The notes: generated by a model not told the origin, from the sequence alone. DNA of 64,000 bases from Botryllus schlosseri (GCA_051294905.1 CM119371.1:8496001-8560000); one strand, 5' to 3'; shown: positions 37,332-51,984, counted from the first letter of the stretch. A program made the numbers and translations.

Positions 37332-38789
37332 GTAGTACTTATCATCCAGTATTAGTTGCATTGGATATATGGAACGTTCTTCCGTCGCCATCGCACGTTT
37401 ATCATTGAATTCTGCCGCACAGTATGAGTCCCCTCCACATGAATCCACATTCCATGCCCGGGATATCTACCGCAGTTGCGGGGTTCGTGATCCCTGGTAA
37501 TTTGTTTATCTAAAGCAGGGGTGTCAAACTCAACTGGCGTCACGGGTACGGATTTAAATCTTCACAGCAATTGCAGGCCGGTCCAGTCAAATGATGCCAA
37601 AATATTTTCTCAAAATACATGCCCTTGCTTTTCACTTGAATGCTCAGTTATAAAGCTTAGACACGTTATATTTATTGCGGTATATCACGTGCCATGTTGA
37701 TCTATTCCATCAAGATCTTTATTCGCAATCAACCGAATTGGCACGATCACGATGATTGGCCTGTTAAATAGTTTCATAAATTCCCGACGATATAGGTTGC
37801 CATGTTGCTATGATTGCTTTGTTTTAGTCGGAATTTGACAATATAGTTCTGTGTGTGTTGTGAGGAATACAAGCGATTTAACTGTACTCGGAGACGTTGA
37901 AATTTTGTCCATTACTTTTGCATCGTGATTCGGGTTTCCCCAGAAGCCAAGGAGATGTTGAGTCACAAGCGCAAAAGGAGTGCGACCACAGATATTTAAA
38001 TTATATTTTTGTGTCATAATTATATTATCCACTTCTGTAGATAACTACTTTGTGGTCCGTTTCCCCACGAAACGGTGAACTCACTGAGCACTTTTTTTGC
38101 CTTCTCGGAAGTTAGTGTCAATTAGGGTTACCATATTTTGGGAATCTGAAAGAGGACACTTACACAAATTCAGACTTACGACAAAGGAGTAAAACCCAGA
38201 AAAAATTGATAAAATTATTCCAAGTTTAAAGTTGGCCTAATAAAAAAGGGTCCCGATTCTGGCTCAACTCCCAAAAGACTCGCCGAACCGTTACTTCAGT
38301 ACTTATTTCCAATTTCTCAGTTGAATTTTCACATACATTCAACCAAAAATTTCAAAAAAGGGGACAAATTCTCAAAAAGATGTCATTTGAGCGTGCTGCG
38401 GGGACACTTTCAAAAAAGTAAAAAAAATAGGACGTATGGTAGCACCAGTGTTATTGGCAGTGACTTGTTGCTGATGGTGACTTCAGTGTTACTTCAACAC
38501 CACGGTCGGATGCTTATAATGTGGCCTATGAACAATGAACATGTTCGACATTTTCTGACTTGAGAGAATTTAAGTGTTAAGTCGTACTAAAAATCTAAAC
38601 ATTTGTTAAAAATGTGACGGATAATGCAGCCACTTTTTTCAGAATCGCCTAGAAGGCCAGATGCGGCCCGTGGGTCGTACCCCTGATCTTAAGTATGTTG
38701 CAATGCATCATGGCCCCTGGTGAAATGGTCAACAATATTGGTCAGCATCATTGTAATACACAATAATAATAATAATAATAACAATAATA

Positions 38790-40185
38790 ACAAAAGAATT
38801 CTGAAGCAAAACACGGACGGCAAATGCAGAATGTGCCACAACCAAAATGAAACTGTAGCACATCTCATGTCCGGCTGTGGTGCACTTGCAGCTGCCGAAT
38901 ACACATGGAGACACAATAGGATTGGTCACTACATTCATCTTGAATTACGCAAACATTTTAACATCACCACTTCGACAAAAAATTGGTACGACTACAGCCC
39001 AGCACCAGTGACAGAAAACGAGCAAGTAAAAATTTTGTGGGATGTACCAGTTATAACTGACCGCGAAATCAGAAGCAACCGCCCGGATATAATCGTCAAA
39101 CTAAAAAAGAAAAGAGAATGCTTATTCATTGAACTGGCTGTCCCAGCTGATCACAACCTACTGCAAAAAGAATCAGAAAAATACTCCAAATACGCAGACC
39201 TCAAAATGGAATGTGAAAAAATGTGGCGATGCAAAATAAACATTGTACCGATAGTCATTGGCGCTACAGGAGTCGTGAGCAAAAAACTCATGAGACATAT
39301 CCAACAAATTCCGGGTAACGTTCGATTTGACATGATCCAAAAGATCACATTATTGGGCACTGTGCACATTCTTCGTAAGGCCTTGAATGCACCACTGGAC
39401 TAAAATTACACTTGTGAATCACAGCATGATTTCTGTAATTTCGATTCTTCATCTTCAATCATCTCTACCTCTGCTCTGTAACCCTTGCCAATTCTTCATC
39501 TGCTGCAATTCTGTAAACTTCTCCATGTATCGCATAGTAATAACAATTTGAATGTATTACTGAAATTTTAAAAATTTACTCCATTCTCGCCATTTTCCTT
39601 TGGGGGCAGGTTGCTCCCCGGATTATGTGTGTATTTACCAGTTTTACTGTGAATAAAGAATTTAATAAATATAAGAAAAGCAGAAAAGCAGTCCAAATAC
39701 GCAGACCACAAAATGGAATGTGAGAAAATGTGGCGATGCAAAATAAACATTGTACCGAAATTCATTGGCGCTACAGGGGTCGTAAGCAAAAAACTCATGA
39801 GACACATCCGACAGATTCCGGGTAACGTTTGATTCGACATGATCCAAAAGATCACGTTGTTGGACACTGTGCACATTCTTCGGAAGTCCTTGAGTGCACC
39901 ACTGGACTAAAATTATACTAGTGAATCACAGCATAATTTCTGTAATTTCGATTCTTCATTTTCAATCATCTCTACCTCTGCTCTGTAACCCTTGCCAATT
40001 CTTCATCTACAGCAATTCTGTAATTGACTTCTCCATGTATTGCATAGCAATAACAATTTGACTGCATTACTGAAATTTTAAAAATTTACTCCAATCTCGC
40101 CATTTTCCCTTGGGTGCAGGTTACTCCCAGGATTATGTGTGTATTGACCAGTTTCTTACTGTGAAAAAAAGAATATAATAATAAT
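38790..40185 (+). mobile_element. R4/Dong-like site-specific non-LTR retrotransposon 3' end (CCHC + restriction-like endonuclease) with a tandem 3' duplication
   Basis: CRMC...HLMSGC, YTWRHN, ILWD...NRPDI, IELAVP and KYSKY.DL; stop at 39403; about 39690-40165 repeats about 39180-39655; preceded by (AAT)n. Confidence 0.9.
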
Positions 40186-40200
40186 ATTTTCTCACTGCAG

Positions 40201-40396
40201 ATCGAATATATCAGATGCATAATAAAAGATGGATATTGTGCTTCACTCGATGAAATTTCTCCTCTCGTCAACAACTCTGATTTGAAGAAAGTAACATTGA
40301 TATACCGGTGTCAGCGTTATATGTTGAAAGGAGGCGAATTAAGGAAAGCCCAGAAGATTGCAAATGATCTCGATACTGAGTTGGAAGTTTTAAAAG
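40201..40396 (+). CDS. NLR C-terminal exon (IEYIRCIIKDG...DLKKVTLIY...TELEVLK)
   Basis: ttttctcactgcag|ATC acceptor, AAAG|gtgagt donor, open in phase 0. The terminal exon after it could not be identified with confidence. Confidence 0.7.
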
Positions 40397-40909
40397 GTGA
40401 GTCATTGTTTGGCTGCATCGTATCTTAGATACGTTTTATTAGGTACCTTAAATATGCTCGATCATTTTCATGAAATGGTCAATTCACGTAACAGGTCTAA
40501 TTCGTTACTAACTCAGCTAAAAATCTTGAGGCTTTAGTTTCATGCATGACGTAGCGTCCTTACCAGGATTACGTGATAGCGCACCCGGTATTCATGAATT
40601 ATAGTTTCATCAGACATCCCATACTTAATACGATTAATTGTTGTACGAAATCCAGGCGTGATCTCTCACACGTTGCTGATTGTGAGCTTGCATATCAATT
40701 TTATCTATTTCGAAGCAAGGCGTCGTTGATCGAAATACGACAAAAACTACTTTTTACATGACCATATCAAATATGCAAAAATTACTATCCACCATAAAAA
40801 CTGCTGATGTAGAAGTAGTATACGAACAAAACTATTTGAGTTTGCGAAACAAGTATATGATAATTAGTACTACTACAGAAAATCACAAGTAGGCTACTGT
40901 GCTGCTGAT

Positions 40910-42961
40910 CAGACATGGGGTAATCACGATTCGTAATCGTAATCGATTACGACGATTACAGCATTTTCAAGCAATCGTAATCGCAATCGATTACATTCGA
41001 AAAAATTCCGAAGTAATCGCAATCGTAATCGACTATTTCACAGATCTAATCGATTACTTGGTGTGTTTACGATTACTTCGTATTTGCACAAGGACTATGA
41101 CATGAACGGAACAGTGAACATTCCTGAACAATACGATATCATCATTTTCAAATGTTACTGCCCATTATTATATCACATGTATTGGCTTTACTCGTCATTG
41201 CGTAGCGAATTATCCAAACGTAGCAAATAGTTATTCGATGTACATGTATTTGTGTGATTGTAACATAAGAACACCGCCCATGCCTTATGTCAGGTGATCA
41301 ATACACTCAGTAATCCACTACCTCGCTGCAGGATAATAATCACAACTTCATCTGGTTTCAAATAGTAACGTATGTAGTGATGTTTGGTTGGTTATGCTTT
41401 GTTGAATGCAGTTGACCGCTACTGCTTGGAGAAAAGTAGGCTTCTTTACTCACACCGGACAAAGATTTGAAATTTTTTACTCGTCAAATCGAACATGACG
41501 ATTTCCCCATCGAAGCATGAAAAATCAACGGCTGCTGATACATATCATAACCGAGTCGTTATTTGCCGCAATACCTTTATTGTAGGTATATTTTTATGTC
41601 CTCTTTCATATTCTCATATGTTCCTACTTGAAACCTCCACCAATCGGTATTTCGCAATTCCTTACTCAACATCTGGATCTGACACCATAGCCACACGCTT
41701 ATACACCATGCAAGCTTGAGTTGCAGCAAGAATCAGGACCAAAACAGCAAAAGTTGATTAGGCCCATATGACGGATTGTCAATCAAACTTCTGGCAGGTG
41801 AGAAGTCCCCCAGACCCCCATTAACGGTCGGGCTTTTGTCATAACTGGAATACAAGTTTCGAGGCGATGTGGATTAGCTGTGTATTTGCGAAAACTTTTT
41901 CAAGTTCAGGACTTAATTTCATCTATTATAGTGGTAATTGCATATATTGCTATGGATTTTTGATCCTATTTCAGCCCCGTGGTTAGATATACCGGTTGAG
42001 CTGGGAAAGGTGGTGTCTTCAAAATATAAGGGGAAAAAATAATATAATCACACCATCTTCGGGCGGCGTGTCAAATTCGTAACATCCTGTCTGCTGTATA
42101 GTAAAAAGATATTGAAGTAACCCAAACGGAGCAGCCCATCAGAAAACAAAACGAAATCTTTCGTGAGTCGCACACACAAATTTTCACTTCTTCGCGGGGC
42201 GCATCATTTTCCTCTTTAGGTGCCCCGGGTGACATTTATATTGCCATGACCTGATTAAGAGCAAGAAAAGATTATTCGTCACGCACACTCAGCACGGTTA
42301 TGGGCAATGTATGCATACAAAGTTTCGGCCACGGTATACTTCGTGAAGTCATGAAGTCATGTTGACCGAAACTGCATATGTCTTGATGTGTCGTGGCACA
42401 ATAATGACTCGCGCCGAAATGGCTACTTCTATTTCTATAAATAATGAATATTGTTTCTCGAGGGCGAGAGGTATGCATATCCAAATCAAAATATTCAGCG
42501 AAATTCAATCGCGAAGCTAGAAGAGAATTTTCAAGTTGATTAAACCTCTCGAAAATACTCTATTATATTTGTGGATTTATAAAATAATTTTGTGTCCCCG
42601 TCGAGCTTTCCCCCCACCCTATTTGGAGTTTTGTTTACGGCCCTGCCTAGAATTAAAATCGTTGTGTGCGAAAAATCGTTAGCTATAGGTTTGAGCAATG
42701 GGTATATTATGACGTAAATAGCAGATGACGTCATGATGACACATTTACAAAGAAAGTTGATCTTTCGTGAGACCCTCCATCACAATGGTTATATTGTTTC
42801 CCAATATGTGTTCAAAGATAAATGTAATGTAATGTAAATGTAATCGTGAGTAATCGTGATTACTTTTTCAGCGTAATCGTAATCGACTACTTCCATATTT
42901 TGCTGTAATCGTAATCGTAATCGCAATCGATTACATTCACGTAGTAATCACCCCATGTCTG
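40910..42961. mobile_element. Non-autonomous hAT element with (GTAATC)n arrays; inverted relative of 12188-14251
   Basis: CAGACATGGGG TIRs; perfect TSD ctgctgat. Confidence 0.93.
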
Positions 42962-45900
42962 CTGCTGATAGTAAATCTACCGTTAAGGGGCATGATAAAG
43001 ATATATCGAGCTTGATAAGGGTGCGATGAGTCAAAGAAACTTGTAAACCACTTTCATATACTTATATAACTATGGATCGAATTTAATACTGCATTTAGGT
43101 TGTTTGTGATATCTGGTGACCATTCGGACTCCGATTGCTTCTGAGAGTCGCTAACACGTGTTCATGAATGATTAAAGGCAGTCAAAGTAGTCAAAGTTAA
43201 GACTCATGTAGAAATATAAATAGCGCCGTAAGCTGCTGCTGATATACAAGTAGAAGAAGCAATTTCCAAGTAATCACAAATTGACTTGAGGTGGAAATAG
43301 AAAATGTATTCGTCTGAAATGTAGTGAAATAAGTAGTGTCAAGAAGTAGATTTGGTTGATGGGCCGCATACTTTTAGCGGTTTATAGGAGATATCCACTT
43401 TCGAAATTGCAAGATACATCTTCGCAGCAAATGCAAAATGACTAATGACACTGCAAGTGAGTGGAATCTTTGAAAGTATGTTAATGCAGTTACCGTGATT
43501 CATGCGCTATGTAAGGCGGCCCCCATAAGAATTTCATCAAAAACGATGACGAATACGCAGCTAGGAACAACTTGATACTTTTCAAAATCAATATTGTATA
43601 AAGTAAGTAGTTTTGACCAACATCTGTGACCAGAAGTAAAAACAGAAGTAGTCTAAAATAACAACCCATTGATTAAGTGATGCAAGTAGACAGCAGTTGA
43701 GTGGTCTAATAACGCAGAGTTACTTTGTTATTGACCACCTCTCTGCAGGATTCATGGCTTTATGTTTTACAGGATCCCACTTTTTATATTGGCGTTGATA
43801 CGAACCATTTCATTATCGTGTAGTACCGTGATTAGAATGCTTATTCCAGGAATTTACGTTGATGTACATAGTGCATTCTTCAGGTACAACTAAATTATAA
43901 TCAGCAACACTGCTACGGTTACGAAATCGTTTTGTCCAACCCGATCAAGTACTATAATTCTGAAAATCGAATTCGGGATTACTATGTTCAATTTACTTTT
44001 GATTTGAAAACGAATATGCGAGTTCATATTAGTTTTGCGAAAGAATTCCACAAAACGTGGATCTGGTGCTAAATTTCATCGAACATAGATTTAGTGAGAT
44101 AAATCGATTTGAAAATACGTAAATATTCATCTGCATATTGCAGGAATGCTTTTCAAATGTACCAAAGTTATTTTCACTTATTCGCATATCTAATTGGATT
44201 AGATATGCGTGAAATACATTCTACCGTCGGGGCATCATATTGCATGTACTTTCTCGTTTCAAAATACCCAATGACATAACTATAACACATTAAAAGGCGA
44301 TGCACTCTAAATATGATGTCTTCTGAAATAAAAGTTGAGAGTGTGAACATTTTGTCAGCAATTAACCCTCGAAAGCAACCGTTTCGAACGGAAAGTAGAA
44401 CAAATATTATCACGATTTTGCTACATCACTTTATACATCTCTTTGATTTTGAGGTCACGCGTCATCTCTTCCGCCTGGCTTTTGATCAGAGGTCGATTTC
44501 TGATTCATCCGAAGATGGATTTGCATCTCTACTTTAACATAACAATTTTCGTAACTTTCCATTTTCATGCGACTTTTTGATCCAATTTCAGCCATTACCG
44601 GATTGGACCTTGATATGGACACGATATAAAATTGAATAGAGATTAGTACTTGGATTTGAATGTATCATCAGGGATAGTAGTCGGATATAAAATAGTAGAT
44701 AAGCGCAGTTTCATACTTACCATAACTAAACCACCCTATATCGTAGGACAAAATTCATTTATATTATTATTGATTATTTCAAGTCGCTCCAAGCCAGATG
44801 ACTGTTTCACCAACAGCACAATTCATAGGATGCATACATCTTTTACTAACAAATATCTTATATCTGTAAATTCTTTTTCATTTTAGTGCCACCATTCGCC
44901 TTCAATGTTAAAGATGCCTGGCAGAGACTCGACTTCGATTTTTGTGAGTGGTGAGTAGATGCTGCGAAGTCTGATCGTTCTAAAATGAGAGTTGAGATTT
45001 ATCCTCCAATTACATTGTCGATCCATTCCCGTGCACATCCGGTTTCAAAAACGGCCTAGAAATATTGTTACACTTTCCGTGTAATAATCAAATTATTATA
45101 CAATATTAATTATTGTGATGTCGGATGGTGACGTCATAAGGATGACACGCGACACACCACACGTATCTTCGATAAAAATAACTTTGTTTTCCCGCAATAA
45201 TATAACAGCGTTGTCATGCATCATTTTAGATCGAGTCGCAACAAACTTATCACATTATTCCTAGTTTTGCCAAAAAACTGATAATTGTGAAGTAGAGATA
45301 AAAGTAGTCAGTAATAATAAACGCTTCAGTAAGTGGTGAAAGTGGGAAAAACGTACTTTTGTACTTTGAAAAAGTTGAAGAACTTGGTTACTGACCACTT
45401 CCGCTAATGTGCAATAGCAAATTTGATCTTCGGCAGTAATGTGTCTCTTCAATGCAGGGTTACTTGCTGCATTCAGACTACGCAGATAATGGTCGTAACA
45501 TGTTGTCGCATAATTTTTATGGAAACCATCAAAATAGTCATGGATTGAACCCGAACAGAAGTTGTAGTAATCCCGGAATTTGTTTACTCGGGTGCATGTA
45601 GCAATAGTGTAAATGACGGTTTCAAAAATACTGAAGTGTGTCAATTTGAAGTATTATTACTGGGACTGGTTGTCGCATAATTTTATTAGGTAATCGCAAG
45701 TGAAAACTTACAAATTTCCTGCTTTTGCAAACTCGATGAGAACTAGAATCACAGTTATAATTTGTTTTCCAACATATAGTAGAATTAGAATTGATGCTAC
45801 AAATTTATTTCCAAATCATAGTAGAATTATAATTATCGCATTTCTTTTTTAAAATACATAAAAACTTTAGTTATAGCTATACATTTTTCCAAATTAGATT

Positions 45901-47329
45901 GTAATTAGAATTCAATCCGCAAGAACTAGGTCATCGAATCCAGTTCCATTACTATCAAATAATGGTTCGTTTTTATGAGCAGGATAATAGAAAATCTCTG
46001 TACAACAAGCTAGGCTCGTTTCCCGCTCTGCAGTTCTCTCAGTAGCATTTTCAGGAAAAGCAGAGATAGGTTTTGAATTAAAACGAGAACATATAAAAAT
46101 TTCACAAATTAGCTGAGAATTAGAGCAGAGAATCATTTCAGAAAATAGATTCAAAATAGGTCACCGGCATTACCCTCTAATCAGGCTACTTAGACAACTA
46201 GAGTTATCTAAGTCTGATAGCAGTACACTTATCGTCACCTATCTTAGGCTACGTTGAAGAAGAAACGCGTTCCTTATTTTCATGAATTTGCACTGATACA
46301 GATGATCATTGGAATAGAAAATATACTTTCCATCAAACAAGATGTTGAGCTACTTTTCAAATGTCATTGATACTCGCGATTGTTAACTGCACCGCAATTT
46401 CCCTAATTGAAATGTAAACTGTCAACAAAGTCCTCTAGCTATCACACCGTCCCAGCCAATAGCGCAACCTGAGATATGATGTGTTGCTGGCAGTTTTATT
46501 TTCACGAAATTCCTATACTGACTGTATATGGTACCTAATATAAGATTGTGTACCGATGAAACCTGACAATCGTCTTGCGGGAATAGAAATGCACAATCCA
46601 CCTGTCGACTGAATCCCTACAATCCATTCGACTATGAGCCCAGGTCATCTACAAAAAGTCGAATTGTATTTTGTGCAGTGTAATGACGCGCGAACGGTCC
46701 ATCTCCGGCTCATAGCACGAATAGTTTGGAGACGTGATTGATTAACCAGGATATTGATTTATTCGGAGGTACTTGCTTTTCAGAGAGAAGAGAAGGCGAT
46801 AAATGCAACAACGTCAATCGTGTACAAGAGCCAACATTTCGTCATCAAATATTGAGATATGGAGAGCAGAATTACTGCCTTTCATTTAGGAAGTTAAAAC
46901 TGGCCATTTCATGTTTAATTGATGCAATTTCTCGATGCTAGTTATATAGTGCATATTGCATTTTACAATTAGGTACCCAAACCTGTTGCAAAAAATTTCA
47001 CAACTCGATGAAAACAATGGTAATAGCTTAAACTAAATACCCTAAATACGTCCGACAATGAAGGTTTCACGGTGATTTGAATATGCAGATGGTTTTACTA
47101 CAGTAGAGTTCAAGCCGTCATGCTGTTGCTTTTTTTGCTATTATAAAGATTGGTTAGCAAAGTATAATTGAATAGCGGGATAAAATAAATATATTTCATC
47201 GTCTTAGACCTTAAAAGTAATTGACTATAATCGAAGTTACGTAAAAAGCATTAATATGGAAAAATGAAGAAAAAAATTGGTATAATCTGTGTAATGTGTA
47301 CTGTGTACTGTGTACTGTGTAGTGTGTAC

Positions 47330-48777
47330 CAGAGTTGGATCAATTGTAATTTGTAATTGTAATTGAATGTAATTAATTACATTTTTCAATGTAATTGTAA
47401 TGTAATTGTAATTGAAGCATTTTTATTTTGTGTAATTGTAATTGTAATTGTAATTTGACAAAAATTTTGCTCAATTACAATTTCAATTACATTAAATTGC
47501 TATTGAGACCTGTCAAGCACAACATAAAATAATTGACTTATAATGCATTCTCTTTAAATGTCGACAAGGAATTTGATGGATCCATTCGAGGAAGCCCTTG
47601 ACTGCGCCCTTGCAGGCGAAGTTTTTTTTATTTTTACCGCTAGGCTGGTATCGGCTGCCATTGTATACAATTATTAGATTACTAACCAACGGGAGGATTC
47701 GCAGCACGTGACTCACGATTGAATACGCCGAGAGGCGAACTGCTGAGCCGGCTAAAAGCAGCAGAATTGATAGTTCAATTGCTGGCGATCCAAGCGTCGA
47801 AATTTGATATGTATGGTCCTAATCGCACTGATTCCGCAATAAAAGTATATTTCCAGGCAATGGTACCATCCCAAAATAGTCGTGAAAGTCTGGGAATCAG
47901 CATTGTTCTGAACAATCGCTGGGCGTAATTGGTCATTGTTGTGGTCATGCTGCTGCGGCGCTCTCACTTTTCAGAACAGTCGGCCCTAAACGGCTATTTT
48001 GGAGCAGTTACATTGCCCTGACGAGATTTTAATTTGTATTTTCGGAATTAGTGCATCAATAGCTTACGATAAAGACCAGATGCATCAAATTTAGACGCTT
48101 GGATCGCCAGCTCTAGGACTACAAAGTTTGCTGCTTTTAGCCGGCTCTGCAGTACGTTTGTCGGTGCATTCATCCGTGACTCACATCTTGCGCATCTATC
48201 CGTGGGTTGGCAATCTACAATACGATTTCAGACCACGATGCTGCACCGTTACTTCGTCTGGCTAACTAACCAGACCACTGGATATTATATAACGTCTTAT
48301 CTGACAAAGCACGGTTTTGTTTTTACTCCACATCCTCATTCCAACGTCCCTCGATAAAAATAATAATATTTCTTTATTTATATAATATATATACGCAAAT
48401 TGAACACGTGCATATATTATAATACTTTTTTCAACGACATACTGCATACTGGAATAGTTCGAAAACGTTTTTTCTTTTTATTAATTACCGGGTATTTTCG
48501 CATCATGAATGAAACATGAATACTTGAATTGTTGTTAATTACGACGCTACGGTTGTCAAGGAGCACGGTTGAATTTATGATTATTCAATTACATGTTCAA
48601 CAGCAGCAATTGTAATTGTAATTGTAATGTAATTGAAGCATGCAAGGAGTAATTGTAATTGTTATTTGATATTTTTAGCATGAAGTAATTGTAATTGTAT
48701 TGTAATTGAAACATGCATGAAAGTAATTGTAATTGTAATTGTAGTTGAACTGAAATAATGTAATTGATCCAACTCTG
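47330..48777. mobile_element. Non-autonomous hAT element with (GTAATT)n arrays and an internal ~150-bp inverted repeat (about 47672-48217)
   Basis: CAGAGTTGGATCAATT TIRs; perfect TSD gtgtgtac. Confidence 0.93.
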
Positions 48778-49389
48778 GTGTGTACTATGTAGTGTCGTTA
48801 CGTTTTTTGCGATGGATTATGATAGATATTAAATACTTCGAAAAACATCAAACAAAGTATAAAATATAGAATTTTGTTGAAAATAAATGTAGTTTAGTGT
48901 AAGAAATCTATTGCAATGTCAATTATGTAGAATTCTTCATGTTCCATCATGATCTTGTGACCTTTTCCTATATCTATTGTACAGTTGACTTCAGAAGAGT
49001 GTTGAAAGGTAAACTTATTGAGTCTAGAACTTCCATTACCAAGATATTCATGACCTTTGATATTATTCTGTAGAATGACGGTCGCTGTACTTCAAGCCAA
49101 CGATTTTTCTTGCTTCTATGACCAATGATCATGTTTTCTACGACCTTGGTGTTTTTAAATGCTTCAAGCATAATATAAATTGGCTTATCCCTCTAGATGT
49201 GCTTGTTTATTATTGATATGTGATTAATCGTTTCTCAATTACTTAATGCACCATAGTTAACTTAAAAAGAGGCAAATTGTGAATCCTAACAATCGAAATT
49301 TCAGATAATTCTATGAATGTGATACAATATTCCCTTTTTACTGAGATATTATGATTTGCTGCTTGACATTCTATAAATTACTCTTACTG

Positions 49390-49600
49390 TTCAAGATAGC
49401 GTAATGGTCAAGCGTCCGGCTTCTTGATCGGTAGGTCTTGGGTTCGATTCCCGGCCGGGTCAGACCAAAAACCTGATTAGTAACTTTGGTATCCATGGCT
49501 TCCCTGCTTGGCGCTCATGCATTACTGGGATAGCATGGAGGGGTGGTGCATGAGTTGGAAAGCCGTAAAGGCTATATTTGCACTTCCATGTCCAGCGGCA
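49390..49600 (+). mobile_element. tRNA-derived SINE
   Basis: A box TAGCGTAATGG and B box GGTTCGATTCC, followed by a non-tRNA body (GTCAGACCAAAAAC...GCTTCCCTGCTTGGCGCTC) that from memory resembles the Meta/MESC SINE core. Confidence 0.8.
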
Positions 49601-49672
49601 TATGCACATCATGCACTCATGGTATTCATATGCGCAGATGGTGTGTATGTGTATCCATGAGTCGGTGTATAT

Positions 49673-50774
49673 TAGGGTTACCATATTTTTGTGTACCAAA
49701 TTCCGGACGCTCTTTAGCACCACCAAGCGGATTTCAAAATGAGGTATGAGCACATTGTCGATCATTATGACGTCACGCCAGCGAAGCTTTGTCTATCGAC
49801 TAGAGGCGGTCACGATCCCGTTCAGGAAGTGTAACCAGGGCGGAAGTCACATTTTTTCAGTCCCCTCCGACCCAAATAAACACTGATCTTGGACCCACCG
49901 GATGTTAGGCCCACCGTAGGGTAATCAATGCAACTTCTGAACCCTACCAATATGCATCTGGTCGTTGAATGATATAAACAAATTCTGTCAAAAATATTGT
50001 TTCTTCTATATGTTACTATATAATATTGATCCTCTCTACGCCCACGTGATCAGAGTTAGTAGTTTAGCTGGTCGAGGATGAAGACTTCGAAAATGCAAGG
50101 AACGTAATTGCTTATCGTTAGTCATGTTCATGTCACACAGAAAAGATTGTTTGTCAACCTACTGACGGTGCGCACTGCACCACTGAGCTGTATAAACACA
50201 GCACACCTGGTGGTTTCCAACCTCTTATGGTCGCGACTACATTTCCAATTTGAAAATGTTCCGAAGTCCAGCTCAAAATTTGATGAACTACTTACTAATT
50301 AAATGTAGGCACATTTGCCCGGACTTACTCACGGCTTATTTTGGTAGCTGATCACGCTCAACATCTTCGCGAGTCCCAGAATAAAGGCAAACTATAGTAT
50401 ATCCCCATGTTAAGAACCGCTATCTTTGAATAAAGCATCCAAACCCAAACGGCCTAAACCGCCTCCATGAATATACCGTTATCTTGTAATTGCGATTACA
50501 GTCAGACTTATTTCTGTACATGAATGTTATTTTTATTTATTTTTGATCGCAGATTTTGCTAGGCTGGTAGTTCCCATATTAAAATCAATGTACGTGGTTC
50601 TAAATCGCGCGCAGCGCGAAGAAAAATTCTGATGATTTACGAAAAAATTTTGAGCATTCTTCATGCCTTCAAATTTCCGGACATTTGGGTTTATTTTAGA
50701 AATTCCTCCAGGACGCAGTTTTAACAGTGAAATTCCGGACATGTCCGGGAAATTCCGGACGTATGGCAACCCTA
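49673..50774. mobile_element. Non-autonomous hAT element, TAGGGTTGCC family (inverted relative to 54314)
   Basis: TAGGGTTACCATA...TATGGCAACCCTA termini; perfect TSD gtgtatat. Confidence 0.92.
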
Positions 50775-51984
50775 GTGTATATGCCGCAAAAACATCAAGG
50801 ACAAAAATAAACTACGTCCTGTCCTGCGTCTTTTGTCCATTGTGACTAATTTTCTATTATACTGACATTATCCACAACTCCTTATAACTCAGAGTATTGT
50901 TAATGACTTCTAATAAGTATCTTCATCTTAGACTTAGTGAGTAGTGGCTGGATTTCCGTGATTTTATGTTGTATTGGGCTGCGTTTTCATGTTATGAAAT
51001 GTATGTAACTGATTTGAAATAAATAATAATTACTTATTTGAGCCTCGCATTTTCGTTGTGTCATTGTCAATCAATTTTCCCTCTAGTTTTTCACTAGTCT
51101 GCGCGCACTCAAAAAGGTCATCCGGGGCATACGTAGGCCCGGGTTATCACTTCGGCTTCCTTGCGCGCAGCTTAGATTTTCTGTTCGCAGAGACCGTTTC
51201 AGGACTGTGCAATTGTGCAGTACACGCGCGCAGCTTAGAGGGAACAGTGCTCTCATGTTTTTGCGTCAATATGACAAGGAATACGGTAAATGTTATTTGA
51301 GTAGCTTGTGTGTGTATTTTACTAGTTTGCTAATCCCGGGAAATCTCTTTCTTATTGACATTTATACGACTCAGCAGATCGACATAGCAGCCTATTCACT
51401 GTCATTGTAAACGGATGGCCGAATCGCAGCTGTCCTCACACCGGGCGTGTTGTCTTCGCATGGCATCATTACCTTTTTTCAAATAGTTGATTTGTTGTTG
51501 GAGTACTTCTTATTATACCCGTCCCCAATAAAGTTTAGCAACCCAAACAACTTGAGAGTATCAAAACATGGTGTGTATTAGTTGAATTTGAACCAGCAGC
51601 ATGCAAAGTGAATGAGAACTGAGTCAACGAGAACTTGAAATGCGGAGCCACGTTTCTGGGATACGGGCGATGGCTCGGTAAAATCAGAAACTTGAATCTT
51701 TTTATTGGAAGCTTTTTGGATAGAAGCGAGCTTTCTCTTGGTACCTTGCTAGCATTGCTAGCAAAATCAGGACCCTATTTCTTCATTAGTTGTTTGATAA
51801 TCCTTATGCGTTGAACTGGATTTTCGCCAAAATGGAGTGATGCCTATGTTTATCTCCAATGTCACAAATGGCAGGACCGTTTTACAGTTGCGGCTCGTCC
51901 TATAGGGCAACTGCGGCATTGCCCCACCTAAAATTCTGTTCAATAACAATTCTTTACCATTTATAGACGCACAGCAATCTATAT

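Noticed and set aside
38720..38790. Signal peptide plus poly-Asn N-terminus of the 227-aa ORF
   Set aside because: Chance read-through of flank and (AAT)n microsatellite into a truncated retrotransposon ORF.
43098..43825. Terminal NLR exon candidates (acceptors near 43099, 43749, 43772)
   Set aside because: Each gives a short tail with no motif; cannot choose without transcripts.
44500..49170. Scattered minus-strand exon-like stretches (about 44892-44979 and 49056-49145)
   Set aside because: No consistent phase chain or recognisable domain.
49390..49460. tRNA gene
   Set aside because: No convincing acceptor stem or terminator; continues into a SINE body.
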